Positions 8,033-17,138 of a stretch of 20,870 bases of DNA are shown here, piece by piece. A program made the position numbers and the translations under genes. The stretch spans positions 1 to 20,870 of IMG/VR virus record IMGVR_UViG_2896595138_000005. One strand, written 5' to 3'. The stretch is from a virus (lineage: Duplodnaviria > Heunggongvirae > Uroviricota > Caudoviricetes). The notes under the pieces are model-generated. The model ran no database searches. It worked only from the letters and a program-made list of their open reading frames with translations, and was not told the origin of the DNA. Numbering within the stretch: the stretch's first letter is position 1; every line of letters begins with the position of its first letter.

Positions 8033-8473
8033 ATGAAAAAACTAACCTTTGAAATTCGATCTCCAGCACATCAGCAAAACGCTATTCACGCGGTACAGCA
8101 AATTCTTCCAGACCCAACCAAACCAATCGTAGTAACCATTCAGGAACGCAACCGCAGCTTAGACCAGAATCGAAAGCTTTGGGCTTGCCTTGGTGACGTC
8201 TCTCGTCAGGTTGAATGGCATGGTCGCTGGCTGGATGCAGAAAGCTGGAAGTGTGTGTTTACCGCGGCATTAAAGCAGCAGGACGTTGTTCCTAACCTTG
8301 CCGGGAATGGCTTTGTGGTAATAGGCCAGTCAACCAGCAGGATGCGTGTAAGCGAATTTGCGGAGTTATTAGAGCTTATACAGGCATTCGGTACAGAGCG
8401 TGGCGTTAAGTGGTCAGACGAAGCGCGACTGGCTCTGGAGTGGAAAGCGCGATGGGGAGATCGGGCTGCATGA
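8033..8473 (+). CDS. ninB: NinB recombination protein
   Basis: 146 aa with the characteristic N-terminus [21 protein letters not shown] and [10 protein letters not shown]. Confidence 0.8.
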   Translation: MKKLTFEIRSPAHQQNAIHAVQQILPDPTKPIVVTIQERNRSLDQNRKLWACLGDVSRQVEWHGRWLDAESWKCVFTAALKQQDVVPNLAGNGFVVIGQSTSRMRVSEFAELLELIQAFGTERGVKWSDEARLALEWKARWGDRAA

Positions 8474-9159
8474 CTATCAAATCAAATACGCCAGCACACG
8501 ACAAGGACTGCTGGCAAACGCCACTTTGGCTTTTTGATGCGCTGGATATTGAGTTTGGATTCTGGCTGGATTCGGCAGCGAGCGACAAAAATGCTCTGTG
8601 CGCTCACTGGCTAACTGAGGCCGACGACGCGCTCAATTCTGAGTGGGTAAGCCACAGTGCAATCTGGAATAACCCACCGTACAGCAATATCAGGCCGTGG
8701 GTGGAAAAAGCCGCTGAGCAGTGTATACAACAGCGACAGACGGTAGTTATGCTTGTGCCAGAGGATATGTCAGTCGGATGGTTCAGCAAGGCTCTGGAGA
8801 GTGTTGACGAAGTTCGCATCATCACTGATGGACGGATTAATTTTATCGAACCATCGACAGGGCTGGAGAAAAAGGGAAACAGTAAAGGCTCAATGCTGCT
8901 GATTTGGCGACCGTTCATCAGTCCCCGGCGAATGTTTACTACCGTATCCAAAGCGGCATTGATGGCGATCGGGCAGGGCGGCATGAGGCGACAGCGACGA
9001 AGTATTACCGACATAATCTGTGAAAACTGCAAATACCTTCCAACGAAACGCTCCAGAAATAAACGCAAGCCAATCCCAAAAGAATCTGACGTAAAAACCT
9101 TCAACTACACGGCTCACCTGTGGGATATCCGGTGGCTAAGACATCGTGCGAGGAAATGA
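8470..9159 (+). CDS. phage DNA N6-adenine methyltransferase (Dam type) with C-terminal basic extension
   Basis: NPPY catalytic motif; ATG at 8470 overlaps the ninB stop (ATGA); last ~60 residues are basic and not typical of the family. Confidence 0.7.
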   Translation: MTIKSNTPAHDKDCWQTPLWLFDALDIEFGFWLDSAASDKNALCAHWLTEADDALNSEWVSHSAIWNNPPYSNIRPWVEKAAEQCIQQRQTVVMLVPEDMSVGWFSKALESVDEVRIITDGRINFIEPSTGLEKKGNSKGSMLLIWRPFISPRRMFTTVSKAALMAIGQGGMRRQRRSITDIICENCKYLPTKRSRNKRKPIPKESDVKTFNYTAHLWDIRWLRHRARK

Positions 9160-9200
9160 CTATTTATCCGGTGCGCCGCCAGAATGACGGCGCGGTGTGG

Positions 9201-9509
9201 TTAAACGAAGCGGATCTGGAGTTTTTTTCCAGTAGCGCGGGCGAATTTTTTTAGTGTGGCAAATGATGGGCCGCTGATACCTGATGCGAGATTACTTTCC
9301 ATTCTGGTGATCGCGGTCGCTTTTGTTCCCATTCGCTCGGCAACTTCAGCCTGAGTTAAGCCAGCTTCTTTGCGTGCTGCCAGCATTTCATCAAGCAGTG
9401 CGAATTCGTCAGCGATAGCGTCGTATTCTGCTTTAAAAGCCGGGTCTTCCATCCATTTGGCTGCCATTTCGTCGTGTGTCATGGTGGGGAGAGTGCGTTT
9501 ACCAGTCAT
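9201..9509 (-). CDS. HigA-like HTH antitoxin (XRE family)
   Basis: HTH segment LTQAEVAERMGTKATAITRME; sits downstream of and overlaps the toxin gene. Confidence 0.7.
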   Translation of the reverse strand: MTGKRTLPTMTHDEMAAKWMEDPAFKAEYDAIADEFALLDEMLAARKEAGLTQAEVAERMGTKATAITRMESNLASGISGPSFATLKKFARATGKKLQIRFV

Positions 9510-9828
9510 GCTTAACCTCCTTCATTCTGGTTTCAGCTTTCTTGCGTTCGGCTGGCGGTGTTTTCTGCGTTTTCTTTACAAAACTATGCAGCATGATGAT
9601 GCGTTTCCCTGTCAGAGTGCAGTAAAAAACACGCGCGATCCCATCGTTGCCTTTAATTCTGAGTTCGAAAAGTCCGTCACCAAAGGCGCTGGTGTGAGGT
9701 TCTCCGAGATTGCTGCCATATATCTTCATACGTTCAACGAGATGTTGGTATCGGGCACGCATACTCAATGGAAGCCGATCGACTTCCAGCCTTACATCTT
9801 CACTGTAGTATTCGATAGTGTAGTTCAT
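9499..9828 (-). CDS. HigB/RelE-ParE family toxin (Gp49-like)
   Basis: Conserved C-terminal pattern LHSFVKKTQKTPPAERKKAETRMKE; start uncertain, the frame opens at 9918. Confidence 0.65.
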   Translation of the reverse strand: MNYTIEYYSEDVRLEVDRLPLSMRARYQHLVERMKIYGSNLGEPHTSAFGDGLFELRIKGNDGIARVFYCTLTGKRIIMLHSFVKKTQKTPPAERKKAETRMKEVKHDW

Positions 9829-9949
9829 AGGTATCAACATAACAAAATCGTTATATGCATTCAAGGCCTGTAGTTGACGACAACACATATCCGGGCTATA
9901 TTCCTCATACGCCAGCAAAATCTGGCGTCGGGATTGAGACCCCGGATGT

Positions 9950-10420
9950 TTACGGAGCGATATGAGACGCGCCCGCGTCTTTTTTCATATCGTTTGCACA
10001 GTCACATTCGCGATTTATGGTGGGCTGTGTGGGGGAGCCGAAACCGATAACCATTTCTTTGTTGAAGAGACAAAGCGAGCAGGCCAGTCCGATCGCGGTC
10101 CAACTGAGCCCCATTTCACGGGATTTTTCGGTAATACCATTCTCCCGATTGCTCCAGCGTTCCATAATCCAGTGGATCCACTCCTCCTGCTTAGGGAAGA
10201 GTAAAAACGGAATGGTCACCGGCAGGCCATAATCAATATTACGCGGGTCCGTTGTCATGCCCCAGCCGATAATGAACTGAGCCGGGTTGGTACGGTAAAA
10301 CTGTTTTAGTGCAGGCAATATTTCAGGATTCTGGCGAATGCGCTGTAGGCGTTCCATCCGCCATTCAAAAACCATCTGGTAATCAGGATGTTTAAAATCG
10401 AAGGGGAATGGTAACGGCAT
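9950..10420 (-). pseudogene. terminase large subunit, N-terminal fragment only
   Basis: Directly follows terS; only 156 codons where several hundred are expected; no portal, head or tail genes follow. Confidence 0.6.
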
Positions 10421-10422
10421 AC

Positions 10423-10977
10423 TTAGCCCATCATTTTTCTATACACCTCTGCGGCCTGCTCAGGCGTTAATTTGGTAATTTCTGTTCTGACTGGTCCTCC
10501 GTCAGCGCCAGTCACTTCATTTTTGACGTTGTCTTTAAACGCCTGAACAGAAACATGACGCCCAAGCAACTCAAGGTTTTTAACCTTATCAGGCCATTTG
10601 ATTTTCTTCAGAAGTGCGGCGCTATCTGCGGATACCATCTCCACGACATCCATTCCTGATAGCGTTGTGCGCCATACCTTAGGCCAGTCTTTAATGGGCT
10701 TTAGCTCACCGTTTTGCAGGAGAATGTCGAGCACATCCATCTGGTCGATTTCAACCAATCTACGAAGAACATAGGCGGCATCTATACCCGTCTGCTCAAC
10801 GCGGGCGGATTTAAGTTCAGCAACGAATTTTTGAACATTAACATTTGCTAATAATCGAGATGCCTGCTCATTGGCGGTCTTCTCGCTGTAGCCCGCCCTG
10901 ATAGCTGCCTGTGTGCCGTTCAGATCTTTCAGGTACTCACGGGCAAACAGCTCTTGTTTGTCGGTGAGCTTTGCCAT
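10423..10977 (-). CDS. terminase small subunit (P27 family)
   Basis: N-terminus [35 protein letters not shown] is the family signature. Confidence 0.8.
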   Translation of the reverse strand: MAKLTDKQELFAREYLKDLNGTQAAIRAGYSEKTANEQASRLLANVNVQKFVAELKSARVEQTGIDAAYVLRRLVEIDQMDVLDILLQNGELKPIKDWPKVWRTTLSGMDVVEMVSADSAALLKKIKWPDKVKNLELLGRHVSVQAFKDNVKNEVTGADGGPVRTEITKLTPEQAAEVYRKMMG

Positions 10978-11078
10978 TATTTGTGCTCCGTTTATCCGTT
11001 AAAAGGGATATCAGTTAAGTTATCCCGTGTAGGGTATAAGCCATTATCAAGCCCACCAGTAGATGGGCTTTGTAATGG

Positions 11079-11336
11079 CTACTTCGCTTTTGCTTCCGCT
11101 CGCTTACGCCGGCGCTCTTCTTTCCTCTCGGCTTTTGCCATGTCCATGAATGTCTGCATGATCGAGTTCCGCATCATGTAGCTAACAAAGTGATGATTGA
11201 CACAGCCGTTGAGGCGCAGCTGCTCGCCAAACTCATCCACCGAGGCCAATGCTTCCATCATGCCCTTCTCGCCTTTCATGAACTCTGAGAAGTCGCGCCC
11301 CGCTCTGGAGGCGCATTCAATGACACGATCACTCAT
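11079..11336 (-). CDS. hypothetical protein with basic C-terminal tail
   Basis: 85 aa ending KAERKEERRRKRAEAKAK; start overlaps the stop of the KilA-N gene (ATGA). Confidence 0.45.
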   Translation of the reverse strand: MSDRVIECASRAGRDFSEFMKGEKGMMEALASVDEFGEQLRLNGCVNHHFVSYMMRNSIMQTFMDMAKAERKEERRRKRAEAKAK

Positions 11337-11830
11337 CCCGGAAGCCCGGGGATCGTTATCTGCAGCTGGTTAGCCAGGGAGTTAATCTCAGCGACCAACA
11401 CTGGCTTCGTATAGCGCCATGCCGCCAGCCCTTGTCCACAGAAGCTCGCCATATCTTTTTTCTGATCAAACTCATGACACTTCATATTGAGCTGCGCACT
11501 TAAGCTGTTGCGATGCTGAAGTTCTCCGGTGAAGTAGTCATCCAGGACTTTATAGGCTGCATATTTAAATCCGGGGTTTAGCCATGCTGCATAATCATAA
11601 GCAACAAACTTCCCGCCATATGTTCCACCGTGTACACCGCGCTCAGTAAAAACCACAGATTCGTGGTTTTTCTCCAGCTCGGCTAAGAACTCTTTGGTCT
11701 GCTTGTTTCGCAGGTAGTGGTACGGAGATTCAGATTCACTTTTACCACTGGCTTTCCACATATCAGTGAGGCAGATCATTCCTGATTCATCAACACGGAT
11801 CGGTGTATTAAAAAGCGTGATTGCTTTCAT
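11333..11830 (-). CDS. KilA-N domain protein
   Basis: N-terminal KilA-N-like segment (ITLFNTPIRVDESGMICLTDMWKASGK). Confidence 0.6.
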   Translation of the reverse strand: MKAITLFNTPIRVDESGMICLTDMWKASGKSESESPYHYLRNKQTKEFLAELEKNHESVVFTERGVHGGTYGGKFVAYDYAAWLNPGFKYAAYKVLDDYFTGELQHRNSLSAQLNMKCHEFDQKKDMASFCGQGLAAWRYTKPVLVAEINSLANQLQITIPGLPG

Positions 11831-11977
11831 GGCGTCTTTACCTTTTAGAAAGATGAGCCTGTTCGCACAGAAAAGCCGTCCCCGAGATGGTCGCCACCAT
11901 ATACGGCAATTCTCAGGCTCAGCTTTCTGAAAGACTCGGGGTTTATATGCGCTGCGATGCGCGGTTTACTGCGGACA

Positions 11978-12003
11978 TATAAAAGCCCCGCAAGTGCGAG
12001 GCT
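11978..12003 (-). terminator. candidate rho-independent terminator after Rz
   Basis: GC-rich imperfect stem (AGCCTCGCA / TGCGGGGCT) followed by TTTTAT on the minus strand. Confidence 0.35.
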
Positions 12004-12035
12004 CATTAAATGGACTTTGTGATTTGCAAAAAAAT

Positions 12036-12503
12036 TTATTTCAGGCACTGAGTCCTGATGTACTCCTGAAGCATTCTCAATGCTGTCTGGTCGCTGATGA
12101 TTCCGTCCCGGATACCGAGAACGTTTCGTCCAGCAACTGGAGAGAGTTCGACGGTGGCATCATTGCCCATGCCGGAGGCGCTGGAGGTTTCGGCTGAGGA
12201 TGGCACAGGGCATTTTCCTTTGACGAGCACCCGACCACCATTATCAAGCTTGCGCCGAAGAGCATCATTTTCAGCTTTCGCATTGGCTAACTCCTTCGTG
12301 TATTTAGCATCGAGTGCATCAGCAGCACGCTGGCGCTGCTGCATGTCAGTAATGGTTGCGTTCGCCAGCTTCAGTTCTCTTGCGTTTTTGTCGCGCTGCT
12401 CTTTGTAGGTAATGGCGTTATCACGGTAATGATTAACAGCCCATGACAGGCGGACGATGATGCAGATAACCAGAGCGGAGATAATCGCGGTGACTCTGCT
12501 CAT
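12036..12503 (-). CDS. Rz: Rz i-spanin
   Basis: N-terminus [17 protein letters not shown] with a transmembrane segment, then an [19 protein letters not shown] region. Confidence 0.75.
   Translation of the reverse strand: MSRVTAIISALVICIIVRLSWAVNHYRDNAITYKEQRDKNARELKLANATITDMQQRQRAADALDAKYTKELANAKAENDALRRKLDNGGRVLVKGKCPVPSSAETSSASGMGNDATVELSPVAGRNVLGIRDGIISDQTALRMLQEYIRTQCLK
12077..12283 (-). CDS. Rz1: Rz1 o-spanin lipoprotein, embedded in Rz in another frame
   Basis: Lipobox VVGC after a signal peptide, then a proline-rich segment (PKPPAPPAW). Confidence 0.7.
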   Translation of the reverse strand: MRKLKMMLFGASLIMVVGCSSKENALCHPQPKPPAPPAWAMMPPSNSLQLLDETFSVSGTESSATRQH

Positions 12504-12996
12504 TGCTGCCCCACAAACAGACTTCACGCTCAATCTCACGACGGGTCATCAGCCCTTTCCATTGCTTACCGCCAGCATATGTCCAGCGACGTAGCTGGTC
12601 ACATGCGCCTTTGATATCGCCCTGGTTTATTTTGCGAAGAAGCGTCGATGTTCTGAAATTGCCAGCGCCCACGTTGTAAACGAACGAGTAAAGAGCGCCG
12701 CGCGTTGTTTCCGGTATATCGACTTTGATGTACGGGTTAATTTGTCTGGCGACAGTGGCAAGGTCTTTATTCAGGAGAGCTTTGCATTCTGCTTCGGTAT
12801 ACGTTTTACCAGGCATGATGTCTTTTCCGGTGTGTCCGTGACATACAGTCCATACACCAATGATATCTTTGTATGGTATGTAGCTGACACCTTCCAGACC
12901 ATCGTTACCACCTGGGCCAGTGATTAACACAGATGCTATAGCAACAGCCCCGCCACCAATAGCAACTGCAACAGCCTTGCGTAATGATGGCGACAT
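12433..12996 (-). CDS. R: SAR endolysin (phage 21 R-type lysozyme)
   Basis: N-terminal Gly/Ala-rich signal-anchor ([20 protein letters not shown]); start overlaps the holin stop (ATGA); 3' end overlaps the Rz start by about 70 bp. Confidence 0.8.
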   Translation of the reverse strand: MSPSLRKAVAVAIGGGAVAIASVLITGPGGNDGLEGVSYIPYKDIIGVWTVCHGHTGKDIMPGKTYTEAECKALLNKDLATVARQINPYIKVDIPETTRGALYSFVYNVGAGNFRTSTLLRKINQGDIKGACDQLRRWTYAGGKQWKGLMTRREIEREVCLWGSNEQSHRDYLRSGYLHHRPPVMGC

Positions 12997-13211
12997 TATT
13001 CACCTCTCGCAGCCTTACGCTTGTCTTCTCTTAATTTGAAATACAGATTCGTCAGATAAGTCAGAAGCCCCAGAAGCAGACTTCCCAGCACACCAATCGC
13101 AGCCCACTGTGATGGACTGACCTGATCCAACCACTGCAAAAACCAGTAGCCGGCACTGCCGGCGGAGGTGCCGTAGGCAATGCCCGTTGAAATTTTGTCC
13201 ATGGATTTCAT
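12996..13211 (-). CDS. S: class II holin (phage 21 S-type pinholin)
   Basis: Dual-start MKSMDK motif and two transmembrane segments; start at 13211 inside the longer ORF-track frame. Confidence 0.75.
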   Translation of the reverse strand: MKSMDKISTGIAYGTSAGSAGYWFLQWLDQVSPSQWAAIGVLGSLLLGLLTYLTNLYFKLREDKRKAARGE

Positions 13212-13327
13212 AGCCTCACCTCCGCAAATAACGGATGGCGTAGTTCTTATATTGGGAAGGGAAAAAAAAGGCCGCAGCGTAACTGTCACTGATGAATTCA
13301 GGATAGCCAGTGGCTACGGCTCAGTTA

Positions 13328-13403
13328 TGGTGCTGGTTAACGGACTTGAACCGCTACCCATTCGCTTACAAGGCGACTGCTCTACCATTAGAGCTAAACC
13401 AGC
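13328..13403 (-). tRNA. tRNA-like gene, anticodon UGU (Thr) by hand folding
   Basis: 76 nt with 7-bp acceptor stem, GCTC/GAGC D-stem, CTTGTAA anticodon loop, TTCAAGT T-loop and encoded CCA. Confidence 0.5.
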
Positions 13404-13408
13404 ATATT

Positions 13409-13483
13409 TGGCGGGACAGCGTGGACTCGAACCACGATAAGAAGGTTAACAGCCTTCCGTAATGACCTTTATACGACTGACCC
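13409..13483 (-). tRNA. tRNA-like gene, anticodon GUU (Asn) by hand folding
   Basis: 75 nt with perfect GAAGG/CCTTC anticodon stem, CTGTTAA loop, CGTGG-TTCGAGT-CCACG T-arm and encoded CCA; one mismatch each in acceptor and D stems. Confidence 0.45.
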
Positions 13484-13672
13484 AAATAAAAAATCCCGAA
13501 AGCAGGCTCTATTCCTATGTGCTCTCGAGTTTATGATGCGCATGTCAGTGCGCTTAGCGAAAAACGCCGTAAACCCTCGCCCGACAGGGCGGGGAGCAGT
13601 CACAACTTAAAGATGAGGTGGGTAAAAAACCGAAAGAATGTGAACGGATATAAACCTGCCATTCTTGAGTCA

Positions 13673-13701
13673 AATTTACCCAACTTTATTCAAAAAGTCA
13701 A
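13673..13701 (-). promoter_or_regulatory. late promoter pR' (lambda-like)
   Basis: Minus-strand TTGACT, 17-nt spacer, TAAATT, within TTGACTTTTTGAATAAAGTTGGGTAAATTTGACTCAA. Confidence 0.6.
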
Positions 13702-13743
13702 TATCATGCCGTTAAGATGTTGCCATCCATGGCAATCATGCCG

Positions 13744-14367
13744 CTAACGTGTGACCGCATTCAAAATGTTGTCTGCGATTGACTCTTCTTTGTGGCATTG
13801 CACCACCAGAGCGTCATACAGCGGCTTAACAGTGCGTGACCATGTGGGTTGGGTGAGGTTTGGGATTAGCATCGTTACAGCGCGATATGCTGCACTTGCT
13901 GGCATCCTTGAATAGCCGACACCTTTGCATCTTCCGCACTCTTTCTCGACAACTCTCCCCCACTGCTCTGTTTTGGCTATATCAACTGCCAGACCTGTTC
14001 CGTGGCAATCTCTGCATCTTGCGCCCGGCGTCGCGGCACTACGGCAATAATCCGCATAAGCGAATGTTGCGAGCACTTGCAGTACCTTTGCCTTAGTATT
14101 TCCTTCGAGCTTTGCCACACCACGGTATTTCCCCGATACCTTGTGTGCAAATTGCATCAGATAGTTGATAGCCTTTTGTTTGTCGTTCTGGCTGAGTTCA
14201 TGCTTACCGCAAAATGCAGCCATTCCGAATCCGGCTTGTGATTGCGCCATCCCCATAGCAGCCATCACATCAGTACCGGAAAGAGAGTCAGAAGCCGTAG
14301 CCCGTGGTGAGTCGCTCATCATCGGGCTTTTTAGCGAATGAAATTTAGCTACGCTTTCGAGTCTCAT
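13744..14367 (-). CDS. Q: late antiterminator Q (lambda Q type)
   Basis: 207 aa with a CxxC...CxxC zinc-binding motif (CRDCHGTG...CGRCKG); recalled as near-identical to lambda Q. Confidence 0.8.
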   Translation of the reverse strand: MRLESVAKFHSLKSPMMSDSPRATASDSLSGTDVMAAMGMAQSQAGFGMAAFCGKHELSQNDKQKAINYLMQFAHKVSGKYRGVAKLEGNTKAKVLQVLATFAYADYCRSAATPGARCRDCHGTGLAVDIAKTEQWGRVVEKECGRCKGVGYSRMPASAAYRAVTMLIPNLTQPTWSRTVKPLYDALVVQCHKEESIADNILNAVTR

Positions 14368-14552
14368 CGTCTTCCCCTCTTGCCCTGTTTGACCATCAGG
14401 ACGCCGTTAACTATTACGTGACGCTCGCCTTTGCTGTCTCGGTTGTACTTGAGCACTGTTCCTCTTGCGCAGGAAAGCATCCTCGCCACTTCGGTCTGAT
14501 TGCCTCGTGTCTGGATAAGAAGCTCTGGTATCGTTTGAATTGTGGCGTTCAT
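14364..14552 (-). CDS. ninH: NinH-like small DNA-binding protein
   Basis: Segment GNQTEVARMLSCARGTV resembles lambda NinH. Confidence 0.6.
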   Translation of the reverse strand: MNATIQTIPELLIQTRGNQTEVARMLSCARGTVLKYNRDSKGERHVIVNGVLMVKQGKRGRR

Positions 14553-14911
14553 ACGTTCTCCAGTTCGGTGATTTTTATTCCAAGCCTTCCGCCTGGTACT
14601 TTCACACCACGAATTACGCGAATGTCATCGAATTGCTCGTCGTCTTCCGCAAATCCGGCGTGGATAAGAGAGTCGAGTAGCCCCTTCAGGATGTTGTCGA
14701 GGTCGCGGCGGCGGGAGTCTGGAACGTCTGCGATGACTTTGATGCGGAGTCGTGCTTTGGTGAAAATATCTAACTTGAGTTGGCGGATGATTTGCTGAAC
14801 GTCTTTTCGGTATTTCTGGCCTTTATAGCTGATGTAGTATTGGCTTCCCCGTCTTCGCCAGTAGGTGTTCAGCGACGGTGGGTATGGAAGCACAAACTGA
14901 TATTCGTTCAT
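14549..14911 (-). CDS. rusA: RusA-family Holliday junction resolvase
   Basis: 120 aa with the RRRDLDN motif characteristic of RusA. Confidence 0.8.
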   Translation of the reverse strand: MNEYQFVLPYPPSLNTYWRRRGSQYYISYKGQKYRKDVQQIIRQLKLDIFTKARLRIKVIADVPDSRRRDLDNILKGLLDSLIHAGFAEDDEQFDDIRVIRGVKVPGGRLGIKITELENV

Positions 14912-15198
14912 GGCTTAATCTTCCCCTCCTTCAGCAGTATCGCCTGCGTCCTGATCACGCCTTCGAGGTGGTAAAGTCTGGCGTCTTTGTTGTCGAGGTT
15001 ATGGGTGCGTCGGTCGATTTCATCGTGACACGCGCTACAAGCCCATGCGCCGATCAGGTCGTCAGGCTTCATTCCCGTTCCGCAAATTCCAGCCATCCGG
15101 TAATGTGCCAGAACTGTAGTTTCAGGATTGCCATTGCATACGCCGTAAATACGTACCTGGCATTCTCTGCCGCGCGCTTCTTTGCGTAAGTTAGCCAT
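14908..15198 (-). CDS. YbcO-like protein (DUF1364)
   Basis: 96 aa, cysteine- and histidine-rich, immediately upstream of rusA as in DLP12. Confidence 0.55.
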   Translation of the reverse strand: MANLRKEARGRECQVRIYGVCNGNPETTVLAHYRMAGICGTGMKPDDLIGAWACSACHDEIDRRTHNLDNKDARLYHLEGVIRTQAILLKEGKIKP

Positions 15199-15926
15199 TA
15201 AGCAGCCTCCCCTGTTACTTTCAGCATTCCGTTATAGAGCAGCTTTCTGGTCAGCCACTGTTGGCCACGCCCGGTGATTTTTGTGGTGAACGATATCTGT
15301 ATTCCGTGATTTGTGTTGACTGCTGTTTCTTTCACTGTGAAATAGCCGCGATCCATATATTCCTGCATTGGCACATTGCGCCGGGAACCTGAAGCAATAA
15401 GGATTTTGTGATCGCGCATCCACGCAAACAGTTTGTTTGGACCAATTCCAACAACCTTTGCAAAGTTTCCAATCAAAATTCCGCTGGCCTCGCTAACGCG
15501 ATCGGCAAACTCAACTTTAGGTGCTGCGAGAGCAAGCTGTTTCTCCAGTTCAGCCTTCTGGTCTTCAAGGTCGGCCGCAAGGCGCAATGCCTCAGAAAAG
15601 GTTTGTGGGATTTTCGCGGTTGCCCCTTCAAGCTCTCGCCAACGGTCAACAAGACGAGCGGTGAATTCCGGCGACAACTGGGCAACGACAATAATGCTGT
15701 CGCGCTTACCTTGTTCGCCTTCGAAGACGTAATGCTCGTACTGAACATTGAACCCTAAGTTATTGATTCTTTCGGAAACCTCAAATTGAGGATGCCGGAT
15801 AACACCATTTTTAGCCAGCGTTTCGATGGTACGTTTCACATTGTCATGACGCTTACCCACCAACTCAGCGATTTCAATGCTGGTCATTTTGATGGCGTTG
15901 CTATTTATCAGCTCGTTCATTGTCAT
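15198..15926 (-). CDS. antirepressor (Rha-like N-terminus, KilAC-type C-terminus)
   Basis: N-terminal TSIEIAELVGKRHDNVKRTIETL; two-domain layout typical of phage Ant proteins. Confidence 0.65.
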   Translation of the reverse strand: MTMNELINSNAIKMTSIEIAELVGKRHDNVKRTIETLAKNGVIRHPQFEVSERINNLGFNVQYEHYVFEGEQGKRDSIIVVAQLSPEFTARLVDRWRELEGATAKIPQTFSEALRLAADLEDQKAELEKQLALAAPKVEFADRVSEASGILIGNFAKVVGIGPNKLFAWMRDHKILIASGSRRNVPMQEYMDRGYFTVKETAVNTNHGIQISFTTKITGRGQQWLTRKLLYNGMLKVTGEAA

Positions 15927-15951
15927 GTCCTCTCATATTGAAAATTCAGCA

Positions 15952-15975
15952 ATAAAAAACCCAGCCGAAGCTGGG
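15952..15975 (-). terminator. rho-independent terminator between the ORF6N gene and the antirepressor gene
   Basis: Minus-strand CCCAGC-TTCG-GCTGGG followed by TTTTTTATT. Confidence 0.55.
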
Positions 15976-15994
15976 TCGTTGCGTTGGCAATCTG

Positions 15995-16672
15995 TCAGTA
16001 GTGATGTAGTGAAGGAGGTAATTCTTTGTTCTTAAGTCTTACCCATGCAGAAAGATTCGTTGGTCCGTCTGGCTCATTAATATCAACATCTCGTGTGTGA
16101 TTGATTAAAACGTCTCTCGCCATTCCGATAACATACGAGAACTCATGACCGTAGTCGTGGCATCTGCCGGAATAGTTAGACTGAATTTGTCTTAGCGCCG
16201 GATACAGTTCGCGGAATAATGCCTGTGAGCGGTTGGCATAATCCCACAACCATACCAGACTGTTTGCATCTTTTGCAGAAAGCTCGCTGGTTTTCTTCTC
16301 GTGATGACCTGCGCTTTTCGAAGTCTGGCTGAAATAGCAGTCTTCCAGTTTTTCGAACACGTCCCATGCCTGATCGGTTTCGAGCATCTTCGCGTGACGG
16401 GCTGCGCCTCGTTCTGTCCAGAGGATGAGCGAGCGGGCATTTTTACCAACTAACCCGATTGTTTCGGGTCTGTTCTTAAACTCGCGTAATTCGTTTTTTT
16501 CAATTTTAAAGTAATGCTTTCCTACCACGAATCGCATCGTGTTGTTCAGAAAATTATCAGAAATGTTTTTGATTTTTGTTCCGTATAACTGCGCCAGAAG
16601 TTCAGTTGTAATAACGGGGATCTGGTTGTGGGTGATTGCAGGAAGAGTGTCGACAGAAATTTGAGTGAGCAT
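15995..16672 (-). CDS. ORF6N-domain phage protein
   Basis: Start assigned to MLTQ (GGAG RBS 8 nt upstream); the longer ORF-track frame runs into the IS; the IS left end lies about 65 bp upstream of the assigned start. Confidence 0.5.
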   Translation of the reverse strand: MLTQISVDTLPAITHNQIPVITTELLAQLYGTKIKNISDNFLNNTMRFVVGKHYFKIEKNELREFKNRPETIGLVGKNARSLILWTERGAARHAKMLETDQAWDVFEKLEDCYFSQTSKSAGHHEKKTSELSAKDANSLVWLWDYANRSQALFRELYPALRQIQSNYSGRCHDYGHEFSYVIGMARDVLINHTRDVDINEPDGPTNLSAWVRLKNKELPPSLHHY

Positions 16673-16800
16673 AACGATAACTCCGTACATTTGGTCATTA
16701 TCGCCACCTTCTGGTCTCAATAATCTGGTGGCGAGCTGAGGTAGCCTGAGTTTAACGGACACTCCTTCCTGAAATAGAATGGCATCAGAAGGAGCTAATA

Positions 16801-17103
16801 ATGAGCAGAAAAACCCAACGTTACTCTAAAGAGTTCAAAGCCGAAGCTGTCAGAACGGTTCTTGAAAATCAACTTTCGATCAGTGAAGGCGCTTCCCGAT
16901 TATCCCTTCCTGAAGGCACTTTAGGACAATGGGTTACCGCCGCCAGAAAAGAGCTCGGTACTCCTGGTTCCCGCACGGTGGCTGAACTGGAATCTGAAAT
17001 TCTGCAACTGCGTAAGGCGTTAAATGAAGCTCGCCTTGAGCGAGATATATTAAAAAAAGCAACAGCGTATTTTGCACAGGAGTCGCTGAAAAATACGCGT
17101 TAA
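16801..17103 (+). CDS. IS3-family transposase OrfA (HTH, leucine zipper)
   Basis: 100 aa; the A7G frameshift site lies near its 3' end. Confidence 0.85.
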   Translation: MSRKTQRYSKEFKAEAVRTVLENQLSISEGASRLSLPEGTLGQWVTAARKELGTPGSRTVAELESEILQLRKALNEARLERDILKKATAYFAQESLKNTR

Positions 17104-17138
17104 TCGAACAATGGCGACAACAATTTCCCATTGAAGCG

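Noticed and set aside
8604-9117. Minus-strand ORFs of 166 and 75 aa
   Set aside because: Antisense to the methyltransferase gene, which has clear catalytic motifs.
9370-9873. 167-aa plus-strand ORF
   Set aside because: Antisense to the toxin-antitoxin pair; serine/alanine-rich low-complexity translation.
12097-12408. 103-aa plus-strand ORF
   Set aside because: Antisense to Rz/Rz1; serine-rich artefact.
13212-13327. Possible stx or other toxin cargo between the tRNA-like genes and the holin
   Set aside because: Only about 115 bp lies here; there is no room for a toxin gene.
13517-13747. 76-aa plus-strand ORF
   Set aside because: Lies over the pR' promoter region on the opposite strand; no RBS.
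15232-15758. Several ORFs of 63 to 116 aa overlapping the antirepressor gene
   Set aside because: Alternative frames of a well-supported coding region.
16176-16449. Minus-strand ORFs of 63 and 85 aa
   Set aside because: Alternative frames within the ORF6N-domain gene.
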